This document shows, one piece after another, positions 19,493-29,969 of a DNA stretch of 64,000 nt. The position numbers and the translations under genes are program-made. Location: NCBI GenBank assembly GCA_963798085.1, contig CAWCRS010000001.1, positions 256,001-320,000 on the forward strand. Direction: 5' to 3'. The stretch is from an uncultured Gemmatimonadales bacterium. Lineage in GTDB: Bacteria; Gemmatimonadota; Gemmatimonadetes; Longimicrobiales; RSA9. The number at the start of each line of letters is the position of its first letter. The first letter of the stretch is position 1. Below the pieces are notes generated by a model. The model saw nothing but the letters and a program-made list of their open reading frames with translations. It had not been told where the DNA came from and ran no database searches.

Positions 19493-21592
19493 ATGCTCGG
19501 CATCACTGCGCATTCCCGAACCAGGCTGTTTCTCACGTCATCCGTGGCGGCGCTGCTGGCGGTGGGCACGCCGGCGGCGGCGGGGGCGCAGGAGCCGTTG
19601 GGCGTGACCGCGGCGTTTGATAACAGTCGTTTCATCAGCGCCACTTCACCTCTGGACCTGCACCTCAGTCGGCCGCTCAATGCGGAGGAAGAGCGGGTAG
19701 CGATCTTCCTGGGCACGCTGGACCTGAGCGCACTGTACCAGCGCACCGGCGCGCAGCTGCGGTACCATGCGCGGGGTACCCGCCTGCCCGCAGGCGAGAG
19801 CGAGCTGATCGTGTACGCGGTGGCGCGTACGGGCGAATGGAACGAGATCGGGCGCGTGCCCGTGCGTCTACTCACGGCGGCCGGCTTCGAGAAGACGTCG
19901 ATCACGCCCAAACTCGCTGTCAGTAACAAGGGGCAGGTACTTGAAGGTCACGCGCCCGATGCGAATCGACCGCCTCGTCCGGCGTTCCAGGACTTCAGCC
20001 TGAATCTGGGTCTGCAGTCGGAACAGGTACGCGGCGGCTGGGCCCTGCGCACGCAGTCCAACATGCTGGGCGTGAGCAATCGGCAGGAAGCGCTGCGCTT
20101 CGGTGAACGGCAGGACGAAGCGCCCCGCCTCGACCTCGCGGACTACCTCGTCACGCTGCAGCACGGCGGCACCACGCTCACGGCGGGCAATCTCGCGTTC
20201 GGCAGCGAGCGCCACATCGCGAACAGCTTCGAAGCCAGGGGCCTGAGCGCGCGCTTCCATTTCGGGCCGGTCGCGTCTCTGTCGCTGGCCGGCATGAGTG
20301 GCAGCCGACTGGTCGGCTGGACGAATCCGCTGGGCATCGCGCAGCCGAAGCACCGCCTGCTGGGCGGCACGCTGGGCCTCGATCTCGTGCCCCACCGGCC
20401 GGGCCTGGTGCAGCTGGAAGTGTCCGCACTCAATGGGGATGCGCTGCCACAGGCCGGCTTCAATCGCGGCGCCATCACCAATGCGGAGCAGAGTCGCAGC
20501 GCAGGCGTGCGCGTGAACGCGAGCGATCCCTCGCAGCGACTGCATCTGGACGCCGGTTTCGCGCGCACGCGTTTCACCAATCCCGCCGACCCGTTGCTGG
20601 CGCAGGGCGCGACCCTGGTTGCCGTGCAGCCGGAAACGCGCAATGCGCACTACATCGATCTGTCGTGGGATGCGTTGCGCTCAATTCGCCTGTCGCCGAC
20701 GCTGCCCGCCAACCTTGCGTTCACAGTGCGGCACGAACGCGTCGATCCGCTCTATCGCAGTGTGGCCTCGCCGCAGACGCGCGCGGATCTGCTGCAGAAC
20801 GGTGTGCAGGCAACGGCGTCGGTCGGTGCACTCAGCGCGCAGCTGGTCCTGAACCGCGGTCACGACAACCTGGACGAGATCGCGACGATCCTCACCACGC
20901 TGACGCGCTCGGCCGCTTTCAACCTCGCGCTGCCGCTGAATGCGGTGCTGGGACCGACGCGCACGTGGCTGCCCATGATCACGTGGGGCCTCGCGCGCAT
21001 TCATCAGTTCGGTGACAGCGTGCCCACGCTGGGCGGGTTCACGCCCACGTTCGTGCCGGACCAGGTCAGTCTCAGCCACAACGTGATGGTGGCCTGGCAG
21101 GCGGCGCGCTGGCGGGTGCTGTACCAGCTCAGTCGATCGTCGCAGGACAACCGGCAGGAAGGCCGGGAGAATGCGGACCTGGTCAACACCGCGCACACCC
21201 TCTCGCTCGGCGTCACGCCGCTGCCCGTTCTTGATGTGGCTGTGGATGGCGGCCTCGAGAAGGCTGATAACCGCGAGTTCGCGCAGCACAACACGACGCA
21301 GCGGCTGGCCACACTGCTGACCTGGCGCTTCACCGCGCGCAATGCGGTGATCGCGGGGGTGTCGCACACGAGCGTGTCGGACGATCCGCGCACGTTCACG
21401 CAATCCGCGACGGACCTGCGCCTCGAGCTTTCGCAGCGTTTCACGCTGTTCCGTGCCCGACTGGATCGTGGCCCGGCGCAGGTGTTCGTGCGTTATGCCC
21501 GGCAATTCGGCGACCGTCTCGTGCCACCCGGCGCCGGCGATACCCGCCGCAACTGGAGCCTGAACACGGGGCTCACGCTCAGCGTGTTCTGA
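19493..21592 (+). CDS. Predicted outer-membrane beta-barrel protein with N-terminal soluble domain
   Basis: Signal peptide (AAAGA|Q), many amphipathic beta-strands, C-terminal NWSLNTGLTLSVF ending in Phe (beta-signal-like). Confidence 0.75.
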   Translation: MLGITAHSRTRLFLTSSVAALLAVGTPAAAGAQEPLGVTAAFDNSRFISATSPLDLHLSRPLNAEEERVAIFLGTLDLSALYQRTGAQLRYHARGTRLPAGESELIVYAVARTGEWNEIGRVPVRLLTAAGFEKTSITPKLAVSNKGQVLEGHAPDANRPPRPAFQDFSLNLGLQSEQVRGGWALRTQSNMLGVSNRQEALRFGERQDEAPRLDLADYLVTLQHGGTTLTAGNLAFGSERHIANSFEARGLSARFHFGPVASLSLAGMSGSRLVGWTNPLGIAQPKHRLLGGTLGLDLVPHRPGLVQLEVSALNGDALPQAGFNRGAITNAEQSRSAGVRVNASDPSQRLHLDAGFARTRFTNPADPLLAQGATLVAVQPETRNAHYIDLSWDALRSIRLSPTLPANLAFTVRHERVDPLYRSVASPQTRADLLQNGVQATASVGALSAQLVLNRGHDNLDEIATILTTLTRSAAFNLALPLNAVLGPTRTWLPMITWGLARIHQFGDSVPTLGGFTPTFVPDQVSLSHNVMVAWQAARWRVLYQLSRSSQDNRQEGRENADLVNTAHTLSLGVTPLPVLDVAVDGGLEKADNREFAQHNTTQRLATLLTWRFTARNAVIAGVSHTSVSDDPRTFTQSATDLRLELSQRFTLFRARLDRGPAQVFVRYARQFGDRLVPPGAGDTRRNWSLNTGLTLSVF

Positions 21593-21597
21593 TCGGA

Positions 21598-22953
21598 GTG
21601 ATGATGATACCGGCCTCTGCACTGCAGCGGTTGCCGAATGCCGGCGTTGCCGGCGACTCCGGCCCTCGCCCTCGCCGGCGGGGTCGTGTCGTTGCCCGCC
21701 TGGCCGGTGTCGTCCTGCTGGCGCTGCGCGGCGCACAGCGTGCGGACGCACAGATCCACGTCAATCCCACGGGTGTCGACGTCAATGGTCAGGGCGCTAC
21801 CACGGTGTTCCTGACGTTCGGGCCGCTCATCGACTACGCGCCGGCGGAGTCCTTCTGGTGCGGCGAAGTGGTCGATGCGACGCCCGACATCGGCCGGCGC
21901 TGCAATGCGACGACGCTGTTCGGCGCGCTGCCCGCGCGTCTCGACCAAGCCCGCCTCCATGGCACGGGCTTTACCGATATCATGTCGATCCCGCCATCGG
22001 TCACCCGCCGCGCCTGGCAGGCCGCGGCCGCGGGAGCCGTCGCGCCTTTCTTCTACGTGCGCCGCTTCGTGAGCACACGGGGTGCGCCCGACCAGTACGT
22101 CGCGGTCACCTGCCGCCTCACGGGTGGCGGCGCGCGCGTGCCGCTCTCGCTGACCAATGTAAATGTCGCGTTTGCGGTGGAGACGCCGGTCCTGCAGGTG
22201 CCGGCCGGTCAGTCGCCGCCGCCGCTGCGCGCGAAGATCGCCTACACGGGCACGGGCCGCCTGGTCGGACGCTGGGAAATCGTGCGCCCGGGCGAGGAGC
22301 TGCCGGAAGCGCACGATCTGCTGACCGAGGCGACGCTGCCGCTGGAAGAGCGCGGCACGCAGAAGCGCTACAGCGAAATCCAGCGCTTCAACGTCTTCCT
22401 GGCGCCCGGCGGCAGCTTCACGCTGCCCGGGCCGGATGCCTCCCGCCTGCCTGTCAATGTCGAGGGCATGTACCTGCTGCTGCTGCGCATCGAGGCGAGC
22501 AATGACAAGGAAGGCGATTCCAATCTCTCCACGGTGGGCGGCACGGGTGTGGTGCACAGTGGTGCAGTCGCAGGCTTCCCCATGCCCGCACTGCGTTACG
22601 TGGTGGGGACCGGCGGCAGTGAGCAGTCGCCCGTCCGCGTCGACGAGTCGCTGCGTCTGCTGCTGCCCGCCGATAACGCCGTGCTATCAGGCGACCGGCT
22701 GGCGGCCTTCTCCTGGGTCGAAGACCCGCGCGCCGCACTCTACCGTCTGGAGATCGAGACCGCTGCAGGCGACGCCGTGCTGTCCGCGTTCGCGGAGCGG
22801 GGCCGGCCCTGGTACAGCCCGCCGCCCTGGCTGGCGCAGCGAGTGACCGAAGCCGGGCTGCGCTGGCGTGTGGTGGCGCTCGATGCCGGCGGCGGCGTGC
22901 TCGGTCGCAGCGCCTGGCGGCGTCTGGCACCGACGTCGGCGCCCGGTGGCTGA
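21598..22953 (+). CDS. Secreted/periplasmic beta-rich hypothetical protein
   Basis: Signal ending ADA|QIHVNPTGVDV; 5 bp after the barrel gene; strong coding-like codon usage. Start uncertain. Confidence 0.8.
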   Translation: MMMIPASALQRLPNAGVAGDSGPRPRRRGRVVARLAGVVLLALRGAQRADAQIHVNPTGVDVNGQGATTVFLTFGPLIDYAPAESFWCGEVVDATPDIGRRCNATTLFGALPARLDQARLHGTGFTDIMSIPPSVTRRAWQAAAAGAVAPFFYVRRFVSTRGAPDQYVAVTCRLTGGGARVPLSLTNVNVAFAVETPVLQVPAGQSPPPLRAKIAYTGTGRLVGRWEIVRPGEELPEAHDLLTEATLPLEERGTQKRYSEIQRFNVFLAPGGSFTLPGPDASRLPVNVEGMYLLLLRIEASNDKEGDSNLSTVGGTGVVHSGAVAGFPMPALRYVVGTGGSEQSPVRVDESLRLLLPADNAVLSGDRLAAFSWVEDPRAALYRLEIETAAGDAVLSAFAERGRPWYSPPPWLAQRVTEAGLRWRVVALDAGGGVLGRSAWRRLAPTSAPGG

Positions 22954-23047
22954 CATGATCGCATTTCGCATCGCGCCCGTGCTCCGCACGCAGCGCCTTC
23001 GTCCACGTTGCACTGGCTGACCCATGACCCCGATGACAGAGGAGGGA

Positions 23048-24280
23048 ATGATGACCGCGCACAGATTGCAGGCGTGGATCCTCGCGGCGCTGCTGCTGGG
23101 GGCCGGCGGATCCCGCACCGGACTCGCCGCACAGAGCGGCGGAATCACGCTCAGCATCAATGACGTCACGGTCCCGTTCGAGACCAATGGCGGTGCCGGC
23201 CTGGCAACCTTCACAGTCTCGTTGCACGGCGGTTCGCACAACACCATCACCGTGTTCTTCTCGACCACCGGGGGTACCGCCACGGCGGGCAACCAGTGCG
23301 GCGGGTCCACGGACTATCTGAGCGTAAACAGTGCCGCCCTGACGTTCTCGCCGACAGACAGTGTCAAGCAGATCAACATCACCGTCTGCGGCGACACGCG
23401 GGATGAACCGGACGAGACCTTCTCGGTGAATATCTTCAACGCCAGTGGCGGCGCGACCATCCAGAAGGCGACCGGCACCGCGACGCTGATCGATGACGAT
23501 CCGCCGCCCTCGATCCGCATCAACAATGTCACTGTCACCGAGGGCAATGCCGGCGCAGTTGGTAACGCCGTGTTCACAGTAACGCTGTCGGCCGCGAGCG
23601 ACAACCAGATCACCGTCGCGTACACCACCGCCAATGGTACGGCCACGGGCGGCGGCTGTGGCACCAATAACGTCGACTACGGCACGAACTCCGGCTCGCT
23701 GACCTTTGCGCCGGGGCAGACCAGCCAGACTGTGAACGTGCCGGTGTGCGGCGACAACCTGCGCGAAGGCAATGAGCAGTTCCAGGTGCGCCTGTCCAAC
23801 CCCACCAACGCCACGATCCAGACCGGCACAGGAACGGCGACCATCAGCGACGACGATCCGCTGCCCGTGCTCAACATCGCGCCGGCGGACCTGTCGGTGT
23901 CCGAGCCGGCATCGCGGCTGGTTCAGAGTCACGCCGTCGTACACGTGACCCTGACAGGCGTCACAGCGCAGACGGTTTCTGTGCAGTACACCACCAACGA
24001 CAACTTCGCGCGCGGTGGAACGAACTGCACGATCAGCTTCAACCTTCCGACGAAGGGTACTTCCGGCACGGCGGGCGATTTCATCAGGCAGCAGGGCACA
24101 CTGACGTTCGCGCCGAACGGACCGACCACGCAGGACATCTCGATCCCGATCTGCTTCGACCTCGAAACATCCGAGGCGGACGAGAACTTCTCCGTGAAGA
24201 TCCTGAATCCCGCGAATGCGACGATCGGCAACGCTTTCAGCAAGATTACCATTCTTGCCGGCGGCAAGGACAACGACTGA
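23048..24280 (+). CDS. Secreted protein with three Calx-beta domains
   Basis: RBS GAGGAG, signal peptide, three repeats of TVTLS...TANGTAT..DY...GSLTFAPG...ENF.V.L.NP.NATI...TI.DDD. Confidence 0.92.
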   Translation: MMTAHRLQAWILAALLLGAGGSRTGLAAQSGGITLSINDVTVPFETNGGAGLATFTVSLHGGSHNTITVFFSTTGGTATAGNQCGGSTDYLSVNSAALTFSPTDSVKQINITVCGDTRDEPDETFSVNIFNASGGATIQKATGTATLIDDDPPPSIRINNVTVTEGNAGAVGNAVFTVTLSAASDNQITVAYTTANGTATGGGCGTNNVDYGTNSGSLTFAPGQTSQTVNVPVCGDNLREGNEQFQVRLSNPTNATIQTGTGTATISDDDPLPVLNIAPADLSVSEPASRLVQSHAVVHVTLTGVTAQTVSVQYTTNDNFARGGTNCTISFNLPTKGTSGTAGDFIRQQGTLTFAPNGPTTQDISIPICFDLETSEADENFSVKILNPANATIGNAFSKITILAGGKDND

Positions 24281-24312
24281 GCAGTTCTAACACTCTGACA
24301 GGAGGAAACGCC

Positions 24313-25020
24313 ATGTTGGGAAACACGCAGTTCAGCGGACTGCTGGTGCGGGTGCGCCGCAATGCACGTTTCGGCGTGCTGGCTCTGCCACTGCTGGTGC
24401 CGCTGGCGCGCCGGACCGGTGTCGCGTCCGTCACGGTCCGCCCCGGCGACATTCCCGCCGGCTCGAGCGCCACGGGCACGGTGACGCTGGACGCTCCGGC
24501 GCTCGCCGGCACGCGGGTACAGCTGAGCAGCGCCGATCCCTCGGTCGCCACCGTGCCCGCCAGCGTGAGCCTGAGCGGCAGCGCCATTGGCACAAGCTTC
24601 AGCGTGAGCACGACCTCGGGCTCGGCGGGCTGCACGGAAGTCTCCGCGAAAGTGATGGCCACGCCCAAACAGCTGGCTACCGGCATCGCGCGGACCGCGT
24701 TCATCTATGTGCTGCCGGTGACGCCCGCCGGTTCGCCTGTGCAGCTGCGGCTGCAGTTCCCGCTGGTCGTGGGCGGCACGCAGCTTACGGGCACCGTTTC
24801 ACTGGCGAACCCGGTCTCGCAGAAGCTTCCGGTGTCCTTGAGCAGCAACAACCCGCAGGTCACGGTACCGTCCACCGTGTCCGGATTCGGCCGGCTCAAC
24901 TCGGGCACGTTCACGATCAGCACGACGGACTCGGGCCGCAACACGTGCGCCGTGATCACGGCGACGCAGGGCTCATCGGTGAGCAAGGCGTTGCTGAAGA
25001 TCGTCACTGCCGGCGGCTGA
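24313..25020 (+). CDS. Secreted Ser/Thr-rich protein with two Ig-like repeats
   Basis: AGGAGG RBS; repeats TGTVTL...VQLSSADPSVATVPASVS...F.VST and TGTVSL...VSLSSNNPQVTVPSTVS...FTIST. Confidence 0.8.
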   Translation: MLGNTQFSGLLVRVRRNARFGVLALPLLVPLARRTGVASVTVRPGDIPAGSSATGTVTLDAPALAGTRVQLSSADPSVATVPASVSLSGSAIGTSFSVSTTSGSAGCTEVSAKVMATPKQLATGIARTAFIYVLPVTPAGSPVQLRLQFPLVVGGTQLTGTVSLANPVSQKLPVSLSSNNPQVTVPSTVSGFGRLNSGTFTISTTDSGRNTCAVITATQGSSVSKALLKIVTAGG

Positions 25021-25155
25021 CGCGGGTCTCCGGTGGCTGCCGGGCGGAGTCGCGCGTGGTCTTGCCGCGCGTGGCTCCGCCAGACACTTTGGGCACGCGA
25101 CCCGACGGTCGTGGTCGTGACGACGGCTGCTCATCGCCTTCAGGTCCGGTGGCCC

Positions 25156-25747
25156 ATGATTCGACGCTCAACCGCTCTGCTCTTCGCTGTACTCCTGCTC
25201 GCATCCTGCCAGAATCAGGGGGGCAACGGCAGCGCCGCCGGGGGCGGCATGACAATGCAGGGCACGCCGGTCGCGCTCCTCGACTACGTGACAGCTGCAC
25301 CCGCGAGCTGGCAGAGCCGAGCGCCGTCGAGCAACATGCGGCTGGCGGAATACGCGGTGGCGGGCGCAGCCGGCGGTGACAGTGCGGAAGTCGTCGTCTA
25401 CTTCTTTGGCGCCGGCCAGGGCGGCAGCGTGGACGCCAACATCGAACGCTGGAAGGGGCAGTTCACGGATGCTGGCGGCACCCATCCCGAACCGACCATT
25501 ACACGCATCAGTGATGCGGCCTTCCCCACCACGGTGGTCGAGCTGCGCGGCACCTATGCGCGCGGCATTGGCATGGGCGACCAGGCCGCACCCAAACCCG
25601 ACCAGGTCCTGCTCGCCGGCGTGGTCGAAACACCGAAGGGCAGCCTGTACATACAAGATGCACGGGCCCACCGCCCTGGTGACCGGGCAGAAGGACGCAT
25701 TCCTGCGCTTCGTGCGTCAGATCCGGCCGCATCCGCAGGCCTCCTGA
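25156..25747 (+). CDS. Hypothetical lipoprotein; +1 frameshift near 25654
   Basis: MIRRSTALLFAVLLLASC lipobox; MRLAEY...GGSVDANIERWKGQF; continues LYI|KMHGP...FLRFVRQI to TGA at 25747. Confidence 0.75.
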
Positions 25748-25907
25748 ACGGTCTCACCGCGGAGAGCGCGCGGCGCGCAGTGATCCTGGAAACCGGGCTG
25801 TGGCCGCCCTGGTTCCCATGAGGGGTCGCTAACGATTTGTTGGAATGTCGTTGCCGGCATTGACCTTGACTGCCGGAAGCTGATTCTGTTCAGCGGGTGG
25901 GTGTATC

Positions 25908-26261
25908 ATGGCCTTCGTGCCGAGTGTGCCGCCATCGGGGCAGCAGGATCTGAGCAATGCGTCGCCTCGCGTGCGCGATCTGACGCTAAAGCTGACCCAG
26001 ACCATCGAGGAGTTCCGGCGCTACTATCCGGACACGACGGATGCCAATGTGCAGAAGTCACTGCGCATCACGTCGGCGGGCCGGGGCGGCGCCAGCGGCG
26101 CAGTCGCGGTCGCGGCGGCGGCGTGCGCGGCAGGCGCCGGGGTCGTTGTCGCGATTACGCAGCAGGGTCACGCGGGCCTGAATCCCGCCATGCTCGCCGG
26201 CATTGTCGCGGCTCTGGCGGCAGTGGTCGGCGTCGCGATCCGCATCTCCCGCCGCTCCTGA
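25908..26261 (+). CDS. Small hypothetical protein with two C-terminal TM segments
   Basis: 117-aa ORF filling the gap; hydrophobic C-terminal half. Confidence 0.6.
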   Translation: MAFVPSVPPSGQQDLSNASPRVRDLTLKLTQTIEEFRRYYPDTTDANVQKSLRITSAGRGGASGAVAVAAAACAAGAGVVVAITQQGHAGLNPAMLAGIVAALAAVVGVAIRISRRS

Positions 26262-26301
26262 GGCAACGCGCGACCCGGCCGCACGGGACGGAGCCGGCAG
26301 G

Positions 26302-29300
26302 CTATTCGACCAGCTGGAGAAAGTGCAGCCCGCCGTCCGCTGACCCTGCCACGAACAACCTGTTAGAAGGGCCGATCACGGCCTCCACGGCCGCGTCGGC
26401 CTGGTACGTCGCGATCACCTGACCCCGTGCCAGATCCCACAGCCTGACGCACCGGTCGGTGCCGGCCGTCAGCACGCGCAGGCCGTCCGGCGTCACGGCA
26501 ATGCCATTGATGACGCCCGTGTGACCCGCGAACGTGGCCAGCTCGGTGCCCTTCGTCAGGTCCCACACCTTGAGCGCGCCCGTAAACGTGCCGCACAGCA
26601 GGCGGTCGCCGTCCGGTGTTACGGCGAGGCAGCGCACCGTGCCTTCCTCCAGGCGCAGAGGCTGCAGCTCCGTGCCGTTCGACAGCTTCCATATCCTGAT
26701 CGCGCCGCCATTCGTGGCAGCAATCACGCGCGTTCCGTCGGGCGTGACCGCTATGGAAGTAACCCAGTCGGCGTCAGTCTCCAGCCGGTACAGTGGTTCG
26801 CCTGTCGACAGCTCCCACACTTCGACGGTTCCCCGACTCGAGCCGTTGAGCACGCGACTGCCGTCCGGCGTGACGGCGAGCGCGGTGACGGACTCTGCGT
26901 GACTGACCAGGGTCGCCAGCTCGCGCTCGCCCTTCAGGTCCCAGAATGCTGAGTGTACCATCATCCGGACCCGCACCACTGATGATGCGCGCCCCATCCG
27001 GTGTCACCGCCAGCGCATTGACGGGCCCGTCGTGACCGGTGAGCACCGCGAGTGCCTCGCCGGTGCCGGAATTCCACAGCCTCACCGTGCAATCGGCCCC
27101 ACCGCTGACAATGCGTGCGCCATCGGGCGTGCAGGCCAGCGCGTTGACGCTGCCTGTGTGACCTGCACTCGGTTTCGCGCCGGCTGCGCCGGACAGCTCC
27201 CAGACCTTCACCGTGGAGTCGAATGAGCTGCTCAGAACACGCGTGTCATCAGGGGTAACGGCTACGGACAGCACACCGCCGGTGTGGCCCTGCAGAACGG
27301 CCAGCTCTCTTCCATGCAACAGATCCCACACCCGAACCGTGCCATCGCCGGAACCACTGATGACGCGGCTGCCGTCGTGCGTTACCGTGACGGAGCTCAC
27401 GTAGCCCGTGTGCGCTTCCAGGAGCATCAGTTGCACCGCACTGGACAGGGCCCAGACTCGCAGCGTGCGGTCATCCCCGCCACTCACGACGCGCGTTCCG
27501 TCCGGTGTCACGGCGACGCAGCACACGGCGCCGTCGTGGCCCCGCAGCGTAGCCCTCTCGCTGCGGCTCGCCAGATCCCAGACCTTGAGCAGGCCATCGT
27601 ATGATGCGGTGATGGCGCAGGCGTCATCGGGTGCGACCGCGATGCCATGCACTTCCCGTTCGTGTCCGGCCAGCCCGCCCAGTGACTCGCCGCCGGGCAG
27701 CGTCCACATTCTCACGGTGCCATCAGCGCCGCCCGTAATGGCGAGTTTGCCATTCGCCGTAATGCAGACCGCGGTCACACTGTTCGTGTGACCTTCGAGT
27801 ATGGCGATCTCGCGACCCGCGGGCAGCTCCCAGACGCGGACCAGCCCGTCCCCGCCACCACTGAGCGCGAGCCGGCCGTCCGGCGTGACCGCCAGCACGT
27901 TCACCTCCAGGGTGTGGCCCGTCAGGGTGGCCAGTTCCCGGCCGCTGAGCAGGTCCCAGACTTTCACGGAGTGGTCGAAGGATGCGCTGAGCACGCGTGC
28001 TCCGTCCGGTGTCACGGCTACGGCGTTCACCCACGCGCGGTGGCCGGCGAACGTCTGCAACAGCGGTCCACCGGGCGGCGTCAAACATGTGGTTAGAGGA
28101 CGCAGCCAGGGGCCGCGACCCTGCATGCCCTGCCAGTTCCGCAGCGTGTGTGCAAGCTCCAGCTCGGCCGTGGCCGGAATGCGGCCCAGCAGCTGGGGCA
28201 GCAGCGCCGCAGGATCGCGCTCCAGCGCTGCGGCGGACAGCCGCAGCGCCTGCCCCAGCCGTCGCACGGTCACGTCGGGCGCGAACCCATCATAGTCGCG
28301 CAGCAGCTGCGCTGTATCGGTGCGCCGCAGCTTGGCATCCACCCAGTCGAGATCGAGCAGCAGCCCGCGCAGCTCGGCGTCGAGCCTGGCACCCCACAGG
28401 TGCATGGGCAGCTGCTGGAAGAAGTAGCCATCGTTGGGGCCGTGCGCCCAGCCGTCCGGACAATGTGCGCGATAGGCCTCGACGAGGATGCGGTCGCTGG
28501 CGGTGCTGTCGTAATCGGGAGGCCGCCGCAGCCAGGCACGGATCACATCATGCAAGCGGATACGACGTGTCCCCAGATCGAACTCCAGCAGCAGCGACAG
28601 CCGGTGCAGTCGCTGCAGGATGTCCTCCGTGTCGATTTCGTCCAGGCCAGCCGTGTGGCGCCACAGGACCTGGACGGCGGCAATGGGCGCATCGACATCC
28701 TCGGGAAAGACGGCCAGCTCCTGGAAGCGGTCGCGTTCAGCAGGACTCAGCAGCTCGAGGCTCACGCCCAGCGTCCGCGACACGGCATCCGAGCGCTGCC
28801 CGGCATCGCGCGCGTCGAAACCTGTAAGGCCGCGTTTGTCGAGAACGCGCCCCGCATACTGGACGGCACCGGCCAGCGAGTCGTGCGCGTCCTGCACGCG
28901 CGCCAGCAGCACGCGGTTCACCATCTTGAGCAGCAGCGGCCATTCGCCCAGCCGCTGCGTGAGCGCGCGCAGCGACGCGTCCTCACCGGGCGGCAGCCCG
29001 GCACGCAGCATCGCGACCGCCTCCGTGTCCTGCATGGCATGCACGAGCACTTCGTGAACATCGCGCGGCAGTGCGTCCGCGTTGCGTGTGGTGATCAGCC
29101 GCGCGCAGCGCTCGCCGCCGAGCAGAAACGGCTGCAGGTGCGATGCATTCCAGACGTCGTCGATGACCAGCAGCACCGCCCGGTCGGCCAGCAGCTCCGC
29201 CATGCGGCTTTTGCGCGACTCCAGCAATGCCAGCAGGGATGGCTGCCCCGTGAGCGCCACGATCAGATCTTCCACCCGGCTCGCAAGATCGCCGGGCGCT

Positions 29301-29932
29301 TCGCCCAGCGTCACCCAGAGGATGCCGTCATGAAACGCGTCCTGCACGTCGTCGTCGTGACAGAGCGCGCGCGCCAGTGTGGTCTTGCCGTAACCGCCGG
29401 CGCCGCGCAGTGCGGCCGTGACCGCGACGGGGTCGCCGGACTGCGACAGCAGGCCGCTCTTCAGTTCTGCGAGTTCGCGTACGCGCGGCACATAGTCGAA
29501 GGGCAGCCTGTCCGCCATCACGGGAACGCGCATTTGCGCGCACGAGCCCGCAAGATCCGCAACCAGCTCTTCCCACTGTTCCGGGATGGTAGTGTCGATC
29601 ATGTGGGCCTGACGCATCCATGCGGCCAGGCCGGATGTGTCGGGCAGCTCGCCGCGGAACACCGGCCTGACGCATCGCCCCTGCTGCCGGGCGTAGCGCC
29701 ACTCTCGACGGACCCATTCCGAGCCCAGCGCCGCCTCGGTGAGCAAGAGGATGACGTACTGCACGTGGTCAATGACGTCCGTTACCTGACGCCACCAGTC
29801 ATCGCCGCCGTGCAGGTCCGCGATGTCGTGCCAGAGCGAGAAGCGTGATTCGAGGCGGGCGCGCAGCTCACGCGCGTACTCCAGTCCGTCCGCACGGGCG
29901 TACGAGATGAAAATGCGTGGGGCATCGGACAT
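26302..29932 (-). CDS. TIR - NB-ARC - helical - 14x WD40 protein (Apaf-1/NLR-like); frameshift near 26945
   Basis: IFISYARAD...SEWVRREW (TIR), GAGGYGKTT and LLVIDDVW (NB-ARC), RLHDVIR, 14 GH...WD repeats once DGTLSI|WDLK is rejoined. Confidence 0.93.
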
Positions 29933-29969
29933 GGCTGCCATCCGTCGAGGCGACGGGCTCCGCCTCAGC

